From an uncultured Candidatus Saccharibacteria bacterium (GTDB lineage Bacteria > Patescibacteriota > Saccharimonadia > Saccharimonadales > 2-12-FULL-41-12): 64,000 bases of DNA. The stretch covers positions 85,788-149,787 of the forward strand of contig CAMTYB010000001.1 in assembly GCA_947085855.1 (NCBI GenBank), given 5' to 3'. Shown here piece by piece: positions 1-8,735 of the stretch. A program made the translations under genes and the position numbers. Within the stretch, counting starts at the first letter, position 1; each line of letters begins with the position of its first letter. The notes beneath the pieces are model-generated. The model made no database searches, had not been told where the DNA came from, and saw only the letters and a list, made by a program, of their open reading frames with translations.

Positions 1-1625
1 GCTATCATATTATGTGCGTGTGTACGTACCGTACTGACAGCCAGGCCTTGTTCGCGCGCAATCAGCTTATACGGCTTCCACAGGTCCGCCAAGATACCCA
101 ATTCGCGTTCAGACAGCTGGGCACGAACCTCCTCATCGTAGGGAATGTTGTCAAAACCATTAGCTCGAATTGCCTGTTGGATATCGATGGCATTTAAAAG
201 ATCGGCTCCACGGACGTCTTTTGAAATCATCACAAAGGTATCGTCGTCCATAAAGCCAACTTTGGATCGTTCACGATTGATATGTATCGTAGCCAAATCA
301 AACTGTTCGCTATCCACGTCGCTTCGGCTGAGCACATGCACCTGGCCAGAATTGCTCTCACGAACACTATGCCTCCATCCATCAAGTTTATCCACGACGC
401 TCGCAATCTCGTTATTAGCTAGCATTGCATCTCCCAATTTTATAAGCCGAACTCGCATACGACTCTCGATCTGTGATCGTGTTTCATGCATACGACCCTC
501 TGTTGCATCCCGAAGGCGATTTTTTGTACGCGAGGGCGTAACATGGCCTTCAGGTTTTGCAACCCTCTGGGACATCTTCTCCAGGCCCTTGTTGAATATT
601 TGCGATATACGACTTTCTGTCACGCCTAGGTCTTTACCGATCTCTTTCATGGTTCGAGGTGGTCGGCCATATAGACCCAAATGCTGCTCAATTGTATAAC
701 GTTCATTTGGGGAGAGGGCTGCTAAATGCTTAACAACTTCATCGACATCAAACACGTGTGACGCCTGCTGCTCAACGCCTTCAGGTTCGACCGGCTCGAC
801 TATAACTTTTCTGGAACCGTCTGTCGGAGACTCGCGCAGCTGATCTATACTCATTGCACGCGTACTGATCATATTATGCTCGTCCACGAAGTATGGCGCC
901 AGCTCAAAACCATCTTTTACGAGTTGATGTAGTTGCCCGTTTGTGTCGTCACTCTTTACGGCATTTTCTAAGGCTTTGTAATTACCTCTCGTCATGCCTC
1001 GTGAGCGGTACAGGGCTCTTTCGGCATCTATGGTAGCTCCCCACATTCTCCTAGAAAGATAAGTGATATATGCTGTTCCGCGACTAAAATCAAAACGGTT
1101 AATAGTTCCTGGTACTACCTCTAGACATACTTGAAACTGATCTTCATATTCGAGTACTGACGATGGGTGTCTTTGCACAATCCAGCCTGCAAGTGCCTGA
1201 GCATCAACCCATAATCTTTCTAGTGCCTTCTCGTCACCGTTTTGAGCTCGCATAATGTGATCATACAAAGATTTACCGCGTAAAGCATCCTTCTGCCGTC
1301 TGCGGTATTCTTCTAAATCAATTACATCTGCGACCAAAATTTCTTCCTCATCCTCTGGCTCGGGCATTTCGTGTAGCGGCTCGATCTGTTGAATTCGAGG
1401 CGTAAAGTCATGATGTATAACCGTAGGTTCGCCTTCGACCACAGTAGGCAATGAAGATAACTCTGACTCGGGCGGTGAGATGTAGCCATGGTGTCCAGCG
1501 TTTTTGAGTTTCGCCAGTGCAGCTGCAGCGATGTCGAGCGGGTCAATATGGATTATGCGGAGCTCAGGATATCGTTCAGAAGAAGTGAGCGGCAACAGTT
1601 CGGCGCGTTCTTCTGGGCCTGTCAT
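1..1625 (-). CDS. Sigma-70 family protein fused to a C-terminal LuxR/GerE-type HTH (3' end runs off the window)
   Basis: Absent from the ORF track because it has no stop inside the window. Manual translation of the - strand from ATG 1625..1623 stays open to base 1 (541 codons). It has a region-2-like segment (DHIMRAQNGDEKALERLW...QVCLEVVPGTINRFDFSRGTAYITYLSRRMWGA) and a region 4.2 HTH (TMKEIGKDLGVTESRISQIFNKGLEKM). A LuxR-type HTH lies near the end (LSERELGILADLWKPYKLIAREQGLAVSTVRTHAHNMIA). The ATG lies 2 nt after the stop of the upstream gene. Confidence 0.75.
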   Translation of the reverse strand, partial: MTGPEERAELLPLTSSERYPELRIIHIDPLDIAAAALAKLKNAGHHGYISPPESELSSLPTVVEGEPTVIHHDFTPRIQQIEPLHEMPEPEDEEEILVADVIDLEEYRRRQKDALRGKSLYDHIMRAQNGDEKALERLWVDAQALAGWIVQRHPSSVLEYEDQFQVCLEVVPGTINRFDFSRGTAYITYLSRRMWGATIDAERALYRSRGMTRGNYKALENAVKSDDTNGQLHQLVKDGFELAPYFVDEHNMISTRAMSIDQLRESPTDGSRKVIVEPVEPEGVEQQASHVFDVDEVVKHLAALSPNERYTIEQHLGLYGRPPRTMKEIGKDLGVTESRISQIFNKGLEKMSQRVAKPEGHVTPSRTKNRLRDATEGRMHETRSQIESRMRVRLIKLGDAMLANNEIASVVDKLDGWRHSVRESNSGQVHVLSRSDVDSEQFDLATIHINRERSKVGFMDDDTFVMISKDVRGADLLNAIDIQQAIRANGFDNIPYDEEVRAQLSERELGILADLWKPYKLIAREQGLAVSTVRTHAHNMI

Positions 1626-1627
1626 TT

Positions 1628-3223
1628 TTATCCTGCCAGTTCAGCTGACGTTTCTGGGCTAAAGGCTTGCGCGTCGCGTACAAGAGCGGTTAGATCCTGA
1701 GGCTGATTTTTATTTTTGAGGCGTTGTGAACTGTGGTGGAGCTCTTCTTTAACAGTCTTTACATCTATATCCGTTGCCTCTGCAATAGCCTCGTAAGAAG
1801 CGCCATCGATCAAAAGCATTTCGACAGCTTTTATCCTTCGGGCTGTCTTTTGAGGGCCCTGACTTTTAATAATGCTCGAGTTAAGGCGACTCGTCAGCCT
1901 AGCTACAAAATATTTAAGTTGTTCTGGCTCTAGTTCGGCTAGAGATGCCTGGACTGATTCACCGTCTTCAAATACCTTATCGAGCCATTTTTTCTGAACA
2001 ACAGTGTCAACTTGCGGTAATCCTCGCTGCTCACCAGCACCAACGTGTGGCGACTGGGCAGGATCTAGGCAATTGGCTAGCAAAACGCTGCGTTCGCTCG
2101 GGGTAGTTTGCTTCATAAAGCCGTCGGCTGTCCTGGCCAACACATCTTTAACACGGGTAGTGTTAAGGCCAAGTGACTGACCAGCGCTCTTTACAGACTC
2201 TCCGCTTATGATTAATTCTATAAGTTGCACGCGTATCTGACGACCCTTGTCTTCGAGGCGTCTAATCCGCAAGGAGCTGTACGTTTCTGCAAGTGCATGG
2301 CCGAATTTGGTGCGATCAGCTGCTGATAAGTTATCAATAATATCAAGCTGAGCCTCACTGTAGAGGCCGGTCAGCCATGCAGTGGCTTCTGAACGCTCAA
2401 CAACTGTTTCAGGGTTGGCTGGTCCTTGGTCGGGTTCCACAACTTCATCAACTTCAATTTTATCGACTGTCTTTGGGGCAGGGATGAGCGCCTGAAGCTG
2501 ATCTGGATTTGATCTCTTTGTAATACTTTCAGCCATTTTGGTGATACCGAGACGTACTCCGGCATGACTAACGCCAGCCTCTTCAGCTAACTCACTGTAA
2601 GACTTGCCGTCAACCATCAGAGCTACGAGTTGATCGCTCCGTTTTGCTTTCGCATTCGAATTTAGGCGAGGAATTGAAAGTTGCTGATAGTAGGCCGTAA
2701 GGTTGGCAAAGAATTCAGCACGCTCTTCGAGGCTCAGGGCTTCGATCTGCTCCATATTTTCTTCTTCATACAGCCGGCGAAGCCAGGACCGCTGATACTT
2801 AGCAAAAGCCGGCGCAGGTGTACCAGTCTCATTTTGCGGTGCAGCAGAAGGGTCGCTTTCGCCTTCGGTGGCTACGGCTGGCGTAGTAGCCGCCGGTTCA
2901 GACTGTGGACCCTGTCCATTAGACCCAACTTCTACGTACCCAGCACCAATTGTGGCAACTCCGCCCAGTTGCTCGGATAAACTACGGATGCTGAAAACAA
3001 GATTACGACGTTCTTCAAAGTTAAGGCCGTCGAGTCTGAGTGCAACACTACCAATAAGTTGATCGCGTCCTGTTTCGTCTAACTCCTCCAAGACATTGGC
3101 CAACTCTTCGGCCGCTTGCTTAGCCTGAGCGCCGTACAGGTCCTGGGCAAAACGAAGGGCGTCTAGTTCTTCTGGTGACAATATACTGGCTGGCCGCACC
3201 CCAGAAACATTTCCGTCTGGCAT
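1628..3223 (-). CDS. Protein of three tandem ~110 aa modules, each ending in a sigma-r4/LuxR-like HTH; function unknown
   Basis: ORF track gives 1628..3241 with a TTG start. I prefer ATG 3223, which is embedded in a box conserved with the upstream sigma gene. The three HTH segments are MVDGKSYSELAEEAGVSHAGVRLGITKM, IISGESVKSAGQSLGLNTTRVKDVLART and LIDGASYEAIAEATDIDVKTVKEELHHS. Each is preceded by a similar W-L-x-x-(L/V)-(Y/F)...L-S/E...F...L helix-rich stretch. Confidence 0.7.
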   Translation of the reverse strand: MPDGNVSGVRPASILSPEELDALRFAQDLYGAQAKQAAEELANVLEELDETGRDQLIGSVALRLDGLNFEERRNLVFSIRSLSEQLGGVATIGAGYVEVGSNGQGPQSEPAATTPAVATEGESDPSAAPQNETGTPAPAFAKYQRSWLRRLYEEENMEQIEALSLEERAEFFANLTAYYQQLSIPRLNSNAKAKRSDQLVALMVDGKSYSELAEEAGVSHAGVRLGITKMAESITKRSNPDQLQALIPAPKTVDKIEVDEVVEPDQGPANPETVVERSEATAWLTGLYSEAQLDIIDNLSAADRTKFGHALAETYSSLRIRRLEDKGRQIRVQLIELIISGESVKSAGQSLGLNTTRVKDVLARTADGFMKQTTPSERSVLLANCLDPAQSPHVGAGEQRGLPQVDTVVQKKWLDKVFEDGESVQASLAELEPEQLKYFVARLTSRLNSSIIKSQGPQKTARRIKAVEMLLIDGASYEAIAEATDIDVKTVKEELHHSSQRLKNKNQPQDLTALVRDAQAFSPETSAELAG

Positions 3224-3246
3224 AATATGCGAATCATACAATAAAC
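3221..3246 (-). promoter_or_regulatory. Conserved 26-nt start-codon box, copy 1 (TTTATTGTATGATTCGCATATTATG on the - strand)
   Basis: About 23 of 26 nt are identical to 4472-4497. It ends in the ATG of the downstream gene and contains the palindrome CATAWTATG and TATG-N5-CATA. Confidence 0.5.
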
Positions 3247-3286
3247 AGAATATTTATGCCAGTATTTTATTCCATCGGGTAAAAAA

Positions 3287-4474
3287 TCAAGAAACATCGT
3301 TTTCTGATTCGACGTATATCCCAGGTCTGTCATCATGCCAGTTTTTTGCCAAATAGCGTCGGACTTTGCTGTGGATTTGGCAGACACGACTTTCTGAAAT
3401 GCCGTACATTTTGCCCAGTTCGCCCAGCTTTTTTACTCTCGCTTCAAATAGTCCATTCACATGGACCACAATGTCTCGCTCACGCTCAGGCAAGTTGTGT
3501 AGCAACTCCTTTAGCCGTTCTCGATCTATGCGTGCTTGCGCTTCTGCGACAATATCTTGCGTGGATCGAGGCATATATCCTGATGCTGCTTCGCCATTTT
3601 CGAATATATCTTGTAAGTTCTCTAGACTATCCGGTGCACTGACCACTGTGCCGTGCTTGATTAAGTCGCGCACCGGTATGCCAGCCTTTGCTATTTCATG
3701 AAGCTCACCAGCTGGATCGTCACTTTTCAGCGCATCGGCAATTCTTTGATTTTCATGACGTGACAAACCGGCTGCATTCAGTTCTTTCCGGTCGGCATCC
3801 TTGAGCGCTCCCATCATTCGGGTAGTAACCATCGATCCATAGCTTGCACCCTTGGCCCGATCATAACGCGCTATAACACCCGGTACGACGGCAAGACAGA
3901 TTTGAATCTTGTCTTCAAGTTCAAGTGTAGGAGATTGGTAATTAAATGCGTAGTGTCTGGCAAACTTGATTGACTCTTGCCATAGTTTACCCATTGCCTG
4001 TTGGTCGCCAGCCTGAGCACGCTCAATACATACAAAGCGCTCAGCGTCACCCATCAATTCTTTTCGGTTCGCCCGTTTGAATTCTTCAAAACTAAGCAAG
4101 GCGCCGTTATCCGACAGCGCAGGCTCAGTTACATTGTTCGCCATAGCATACTGCGGTTCTTGTGGCTGCTGTGGCTGCCTACGAACAACCTCGACACGAG
4201 GAGGCTCTTCGACAGGCAGATCGATGACCTTGGCAGGGGCGTCTTGTTTGCGAGGCTCATGAGGCTCAGTTACGACATCATGCACAGGAGCAACTTGAGG
4301 AATTGGAGGTTGTGGCGCTTCTACATAGCCTGAATGTTCGACTGCCCGAAGTTTAACAACTGCTGCCATTGCCGCTCCGAGCGGATCAGCCTCGTTATGC
4401 TGATTTGGGACGAGGGCAGGTGCAGGGGGACTATATGTTGAATCGATCTCCAAAAATGCTTCGTGCCCGGACAT
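3287..4474 (-). CDS. Sigma-70 family protein with a long Pro/Gln-rich N-terminal extension
   Basis: Region 2-like segment: RAQAGDQQAMGKLWQESIKFARHYAFNY...ICLAVVPGVIARYDRAKGASYGSMVTTRMMGA. Region 4 HTH: LPERERDIVVHVNGL...KKLGELGKMYGISESRVCQIHSKVRRYL. The track start at 4558 would collide with the divergent gene and its promoter. ATG 4474 (MSGHEAF) lies in the conserved box. Confidence 0.8.
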   Translation of the reverse strand: MSGHEAFLEIDSTYSPPAPALVPNQHNEADPLGAAMAAVVKLRAVEHSGYVEAPQPPIPQVAPVHDVVTEPHEPRKQDAPAKVIDLPVEEPPRVEVVRRQPQQPQEPQYAMANNVTEPALSDNGALLSFEEFKRANRKELMGDAERFVCIERAQAGDQQAMGKLWQESIKFARHYAFNYQSPTLELEDKIQICLAVVPGVIARYDRAKGASYGSMVTTRMMGALKDADRKELNAAGLSRHENQRIADALKSDDPAGELHEIAKAGIPVRDLIKHGTVVSAPDSLENLQDIFENGEAASGYMPRSTQDIVAEAQARIDRERLKELLHNLPERERDIVVHVNGLFEARVKKLGELGKMYGISESRVCQIHSKVRRYLAKNWHDDRPGIYVESENDVS

Positions 4475-4497
4475 ATTATGCAAATCATACAATAAAG
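4472..4497 (-). promoter_or_regulatory. Conserved 26-nt start-codon box, copy 2 (TTTATTGTATGATTTGCATAATATG on the - strand)
   Basis: Near-identical to 3221-3246 and ends in the ATG of the sigma gene. Confidence 0.5.
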
Positions 4498-4539
4498 CTA
4501 GACTGATTACCAGAAATCCACAGACGGGTCTATGGTGCA

Positions 4540-4548
4540 TGCTACAAT
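4540..4548 (+). promoter_or_regulatory. Extended -10 element TGCTACAAT, 9 nt upstream of ATG 4558 (probable leaderless transcript)
   Basis: TGnTAnAAT matches the extended -10 consensus. There is no Shine-Dalgarno sequence between it and the ATG. Confidence 0.45.
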
Positions 4549-4557
4549 GTCGGCACA

Positions 4558-5586
4558 ATGACCGAAAATAAACAGCTTGATTTTTCTGCCTTTACACTAC
4601 CGCTCGCACAGCTCGGTATCTATCAGCCGCATTTAGGCGTTTCTACAAGGATAGCAAACTGGCTGTCGGTCTGGCTTATCCTGGCTTTAGCATTTATACC
4701 CTTCGGCACGTTTATGGTGGTTGGCGCTGCCTTTGGCACCGAGAACAACACTGGACTAACACTATATTTCCTAACCGGTTTTAATATGTTCGTTTTCATA
4801 GGACTGCTCTTTGCATGGCGACGCGGGCAGCGAGCCATAGCCAACGCCCGCATGAGTTACTTTGCTGCCACAAACAACTTTACGCATACCGAGCGGCAAC
4901 AAGAGCCATCGCTCAACGGCATGCCGTTCAATAATGGCAATAACCGTGAAGCTTATACTGTTGTCAGCGGCAGTCTGGCCGGTACACAATTTGAGGTCGG
5001 TAATTTCAGCTTCGATGAACGCAACACCGGAAAACGCAAGTCCAGTGAAAAAACCTACGGCTACGCCCGCTTGGAATTGCCACGCCGACTGCCACACATG
5101 GTGTTGGATAGTAAAAAGGACAACTTCCTGGGCATTACGAGTATGGCTGACGATATCTCAACCGACCAGAAATTAGTATTGGAAGGCGACTTTAATAATT
5201 ATTTCACCTTATTCTGCCCCAAAGAATACGAGCGAGACGCCTTGTACATTTTCACGCCCGACCTGATGGCGCTGCTTATTGATTATGGTAGTAAGTTCGA
5301 CATAGAGGTCGTGGATAACCAGCTATACCTGTATAGATACAACGGGTTTGATTTCACAAAGCCAGGTCATATTGATCTCATCTTTAAGGCGTTAGAAATG
5401 ATTGGTGCACGTATGCAAACTCGCTCGAGTCGCTATGCTGACGCCCGCGCCACTGGACGACATGTAGATATTGTTGCTCCCGAGGGACGACGTCTAAAAC
5501 GAGGCTACGTTTCTATTTTACTTACAATCTTATTCGTACTGATATACCTATTGGTCCAATTCACAACAAATGATTTTGGGTTGTAA
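4558..5586 (+). CDS. Membrane protein of unknown function (N-terminal and C-terminal TM segments)
   Basis: 342 aa ORF. Hydrophobic stretches WLSVWLILALAFIPFGTFMVVGAAF, LTLYFLTGFNMFVFIGLLFAW and, at the C terminus, YVSILLTILFVLIYLLVQF. Confidence 0.65.
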   Translation: MTENKQLDFSAFTLPLAQLGIYQPHLGVSTRIANWLSVWLILALAFIPFGTFMVVGAAFGTENNTGLTLYFLTGFNMFVFIGLLFAWRRGQRAIANARMSYFAATNNFTHTERQQEPSLNGMPFNNGNNREAYTVVSGSLAGTQFEVGNFSFDERNTGKRKSSEKTYGYARLELPRRLPHMVLDSKKDNFLGITSMADDISTDQKLVLEGDFNNYFTLFCPKEYERDALYIFTPDLMALLIDYGSKFDIEVVDNQLYLYRYNGFDFTKPGHIDLIFKALEMIGARMQTRSSRYADARATGRHVDIVAPEGRRLKRGYVSILLTILFVLIYLLVQFTTNDFGL

Positions 5587-5696
5587 AAACTAGATACGCT
5601 ATGGCGTGTGATAGTGTTTTGCTCATGCTTGCAAGCGTAGGGCGACGTGTGGTTAAGTAAAAAGTAAGTGTGGGAAGTATGTAACAGGAGGCTACC

Positions 5697-7142
5697 ATGG
5701 GTAGCGCGCAAGAGCATGGCGCATTCAATGCCAATGCAGATCCTAATACAAACACTTCATTTCTTAATCTAGCCCTCGACCGGATACCTCATCCGACCGC
5801 AGCGCTACCTAACATTCGAAAACCTGTAACAGTTGGCGCAATTTTACTAGCCTGCACACTTCGTGCCACACCCGTACTAGCACAAAAAGAACTGCCGACC
5901 GAACACGAAACTGACGAGCAGCATACTGAGAATACTGAAGACCAAGCGTCTGAGGAATCGGAGACAGCACCAGAGGCAGCTCAAGAGTTGCTGTATCCCA
6001 CTGGGCCGTCAGGTAACGCGTTTTACGAGACGCCAGACGACTTGCCAGCCAATAATGGCGATATCATATGGCAGCGTGAGACAAGATTCATGCCGACGCT
6101 CGTTGAACGTTCCAACGCTCGCGCCTGGAAAGTACTCTACAGATCAAGCACAGCCAATGGGGAGCCGACGGTTGTCTCAGGTACAATTTTAGCTCCGCCA
6201 GAGAGTGCTAAAGAAACGTCAACCCCTCGACCGCTCATATTATTTGCTCCCGGTACTCAGGGCATGGCAGATCATTGCGCCTCATCTAAACTAATGGAGC
6301 AAGGCCTGAGCTATGAAGGTCCGGTACTGAAAGAACTCCTTAAACATGGCTACGCAGTCGGTATCACCGATTATCCGGGTCTTGGCACGGAAGGGGAGCA
6401 CACGTATGTAGTCGGTCGCGCCAATGGGCCGGCTGTACTCGACATGGGGCGAGCGGCATTGAATTTTCCGCAAGCCGGCCTAACCGCGGAGTCGCCAATT
6501 GGTATCTGGGGATATTCCGAAGGTGGTGGTGCCGCTGTTTGGGCCGCTCAATTGCAAGATAGCTACGCTCCTGAGCTACTCGTCAAAGGAGTGGCGGCCG
6601 GGGGCATACCAGCCGACCTCAAGCGAGTAGCCGACTGGGTTGAAAAAGGGAAGCTGTTTTATGGCCTGCAACCAATGGCAGCAGTCGGCCTCAATGAGGC
6701 CTACCCGGAACTTGAGCTTGAATCCATCCTGACTGATAAAGGAAAGCGTGAACGAGATATAATTCGCAGTTCATGTCTGCTTGATGGACTAGCTCGCACG
6801 GCGTTTGGCCGAGCTTCTCAGGCCACAACCGTAAATATTTTTAAGCTGCCCAACTGGAAGCTTCGACTAGACGAAAACAAGGCGGGCAAAATTGCCTTTA
6901 ACATCCCGGTGTACATGTACCATGGCCTGCTCGATGAAGCGGTGCCGTTTGACCAAGCTAAAGCACTGCGTGACACCTATTGCCGAATGGGCATGCCCGT
7001 CAAATGGGACACCATTATGTTCGCCGAGCATATTATTGGCCTCTACTACGGTGCCGGTCGAGCACTGCGCTTTATGCAGCAAAGCCTGAACGATAACCCA
7101 CCCTCATCTAACTGTCATCAGCGCCGACAGTGGTGGCGCTAA
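5697..7142 (+). CDS. Secreted lipase-family alpha/beta hydrolase (LIP/secretory lipase-like)
   Basis: Strong SD (AGGAGG) 6 nt upstream. Hydrophobic signal-like segment VGAILLACTLRATPVLA. Nucleophile elbow GYSEGGGAA and a C-terminal YMYHGLLDEAVPF motif, both typical of this family. Confidence 0.75.
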   Translation: MGSAQEHGAFNANADPNTNTSFLNLALDRIPHPTAALPNIRKPVTVGAILLACTLRATPVLAQKELPTEHETDEQHTENTEDQASEESETAPEAAQELLYPTGPSGNAFYETPDDLPANNGDIIWQRETRFMPTLVERSNARAWKVLYRSSTANGEPTVVSGTILAPPESAKETSTPRPLILFAPGTQGMADHCASSKLMEQGLSYEGPVLKELLKHGYAVGITDYPGLGTEGEHTYVVGRANGPAVLDMGRAALNFPQAGLTAESPIGIWGYSEGGGAAVWAAQLQDSYAPELLVKGVAAGGIPADLKRVADWVEKGKLFYGLQPMAAVGLNEAYPELELESILTDKGKRERDIIRSSCLLDGLARTAFGRASQATTVNIFKLPNWKLRLDENKAGKIAFNIPVYMYHGLLDEAVPFDQAKALRDTYCRMGMPVKWDTIMFAEHIIGLYYGAGRALRFMQQSLNDNPPSSNCHQRRQWWR

Positions 7143-7160
7143 CTCTTTAGCACTACGTGA

Positions 7161-7874
7161 TTGCGTAATCGCGGTGCATATGTTCAAATGTCTATGATGA
7201 ATTTTCAACGTTTTGCACGATTGGAGGCACTGGACGGTACCGATGACACAGTTCTGGTAACTCCACAGGTTAGCCGAATCTACCAACCAAGCCTGAGCGA
7301 TGACCCCGAGGCGCCTGAGTTACTGGACCGTTTTCTTTGGAATCGATTGCCAGAGGTAAATCACCATCAGCGCCGTCTGATATTTGGCTATGCTCGAACC
7401 GTCAGCCCAGTAACAGCTAATTTTAACCCTCCTTTTACAGCCATCAATTGGGTTAACACTGCGCCAAATATATGGTCAGGTGCTAGCAAACTTTCATCTC
7501 TACATATCGCGCAACGCGCAGTATACGGTAATGAACGCACCACCGATACTCGATTACGCCCAGCTTATGCTGCTGCTCTTTTAATCGGTCGACAATACCT
7601 TGCGTACAAAGGAGGCGAGGCAAGTGGTGAAGCCTTGCCGCTTTACGGAATTGATACTATTCTGGGAGGTCTGGCAGCTCGAGCTGCGTATTGCTGGACA
7701 CTAGACAAAGGCGCGCATGACGCCAGGCAGACCATCAAAGATCAAGAACGTCTGGAGAGCTTCCAGCGCATCTTCGATTTTTCTGGCGCGCATGCCGAAC
7801 AGCCTAACAGCGCTTACCGGTCAAATGCTGCTACAGAGGTTTATCGGAACTTAGCCACAGAGCCTCAAACATAA
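7161..7874 (+). CDS. Hypothetical protein
   Basis: 237 aa ORF with no recognisable motif. The start may be the internal MSMMNF. The 3' end overlaps the convergent TrmB-like gene by 44 nt. Confidence 0.5.
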   Translation: MRNRGAYVQMSMMNFQRFARLEALDGTDDTVLVTPQVSRIYQPSLSDDPEAPELLDRFLWNRLPEVNHHQRRLIFGYARTVSPVTANFNPPFTAINWVNTAPNIWSGASKLSSLHIAQRAVYGNERTTDTRLRPAYAAALLIGRQYLAYKGGEASGEALPLYGIDTILGGLAARAAYCWTLDKGAHDARQTIKDQERLESFQRIFDFSGAHAEQPNSAYRSNAATEVYRNLATEPQT

Positions 7875-8613
7875 CATTCAACGTACTCACAATATCTTGC
7901 GAGTGCACCAGTACTGCCGACCGATGACTGAGTGGCGGTATAAACAGCGCTTTATCGTCAAACATAATCACGACAGCTTCAAATTTTCCTTTGAAATCAG
8001 CATGTAAGTAGCGTGGTTTGCGCAGCATAAGATCTTCTAGCGAAAGCTGTGGTTGGTTTTTTCCGTCTGATTCCCAAAGTGTGCGAGCATTAATTTTGCG
8101 AGATCGGCGCGTCTTCATGAAATATGCCGCATAGTCTTGATCTATCTGATTAAAGAAATTATCACGTGGCGCAATAATATTCCATTGCCGAGAAGAACAA
8201 TAAAGTGCCTTCTCAATGGCCAGTTTTACACCTTCCAGGCCATCAAATTTTTCGATCTGTGTCACCTGCACGTAGTCACTGGAGGTAGGAAAAAGATGCT
8301 CCAACTCGAGTACCTGGCGCTTATGCGTCTCTAACTGTGCCTGGCGCGATGAAAGCACTCGCTCCAAGTCCTTGGGCGGCAGCATTTGATAGATAAGTCT
8401 GCCCAATACTTTGCCTTCAGTTAGAAAACCCTTTTGCTTGAGTGTGCCGAGAGCATGATAGGCAGTTGTACGGTTGATGCCTGTCTGTTGTACCAAAAAA
8501 TTAACCGACGCCTCTTGAGTTTTAAGACCGGCTAAATAGAGCTTCTGCTCGGTTTCACTCAGGTCCATTGCCGACAGCAGTGACGTTATTTGTGAATCAG
8601 TTTTTAAAGTCAT
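7831..8613 (-). CDS. TrmB-family transcriptional regulator
   Basis: N-terminal winged HTH LSETEQKLYLAGLKTQEASVNFLVQQTGINRTTAYHALGTLKQKGFLTE, followed by a ~170 aa effector-type domain. Confidence 0.75.
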   Translation of the reverse strand: MTLKTDSQITSLLSAMDLSETEQKLYLAGLKTQEASVNFLVQQTGINRTTAYHALGTLKQKGFLTEGKVLGRLIYQMLPPKDLERVLSSRQAQLETHKRQVLELEHLFPTSSDYVQVTQIEKFDGLEGVKLAIEKALYCSSRQWNIIAPRDNFFNQIDQDYAAYFMKTRRSRKINARTLWESDGKNQPQLSLEDLMLRKPRYLHADFKGKFEAVVIMFDDKALFIPPLSHRSAVLVHSQDIVSTLNVMFEALWLSSDKPL

Positions 8614-8735
8614 ATTGTATATATTAACATATCAATAACACTTTAAAATAATTATTGTTTATCATCATTTGTAAACGCATATTGTAAATTATTATAATCA
8701 ATTTTACAGTGAATCCTGTAACGTAGGAGCCTACC

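Noticed and set aside
145-699. A 184 aa ORF on the + strand, together with 12..197
   Set aside because: It is antisense to the manually recovered sigma/LuxR fusion ORF (1-1625, - strand), which has clear region 2, region 4 and GerE motifs. The + strand translation is Ser/Arg/Leu-rich noise.
4475-4558. An N-terminal extension of the sigma ORF to 4558 (MCRHCSMHHRPVCG...)
   Set aside because: It would run through the promoter and up to the start codon of the divergent gene at 4558. The conserved 26-nt box places the start at ATG 4474.
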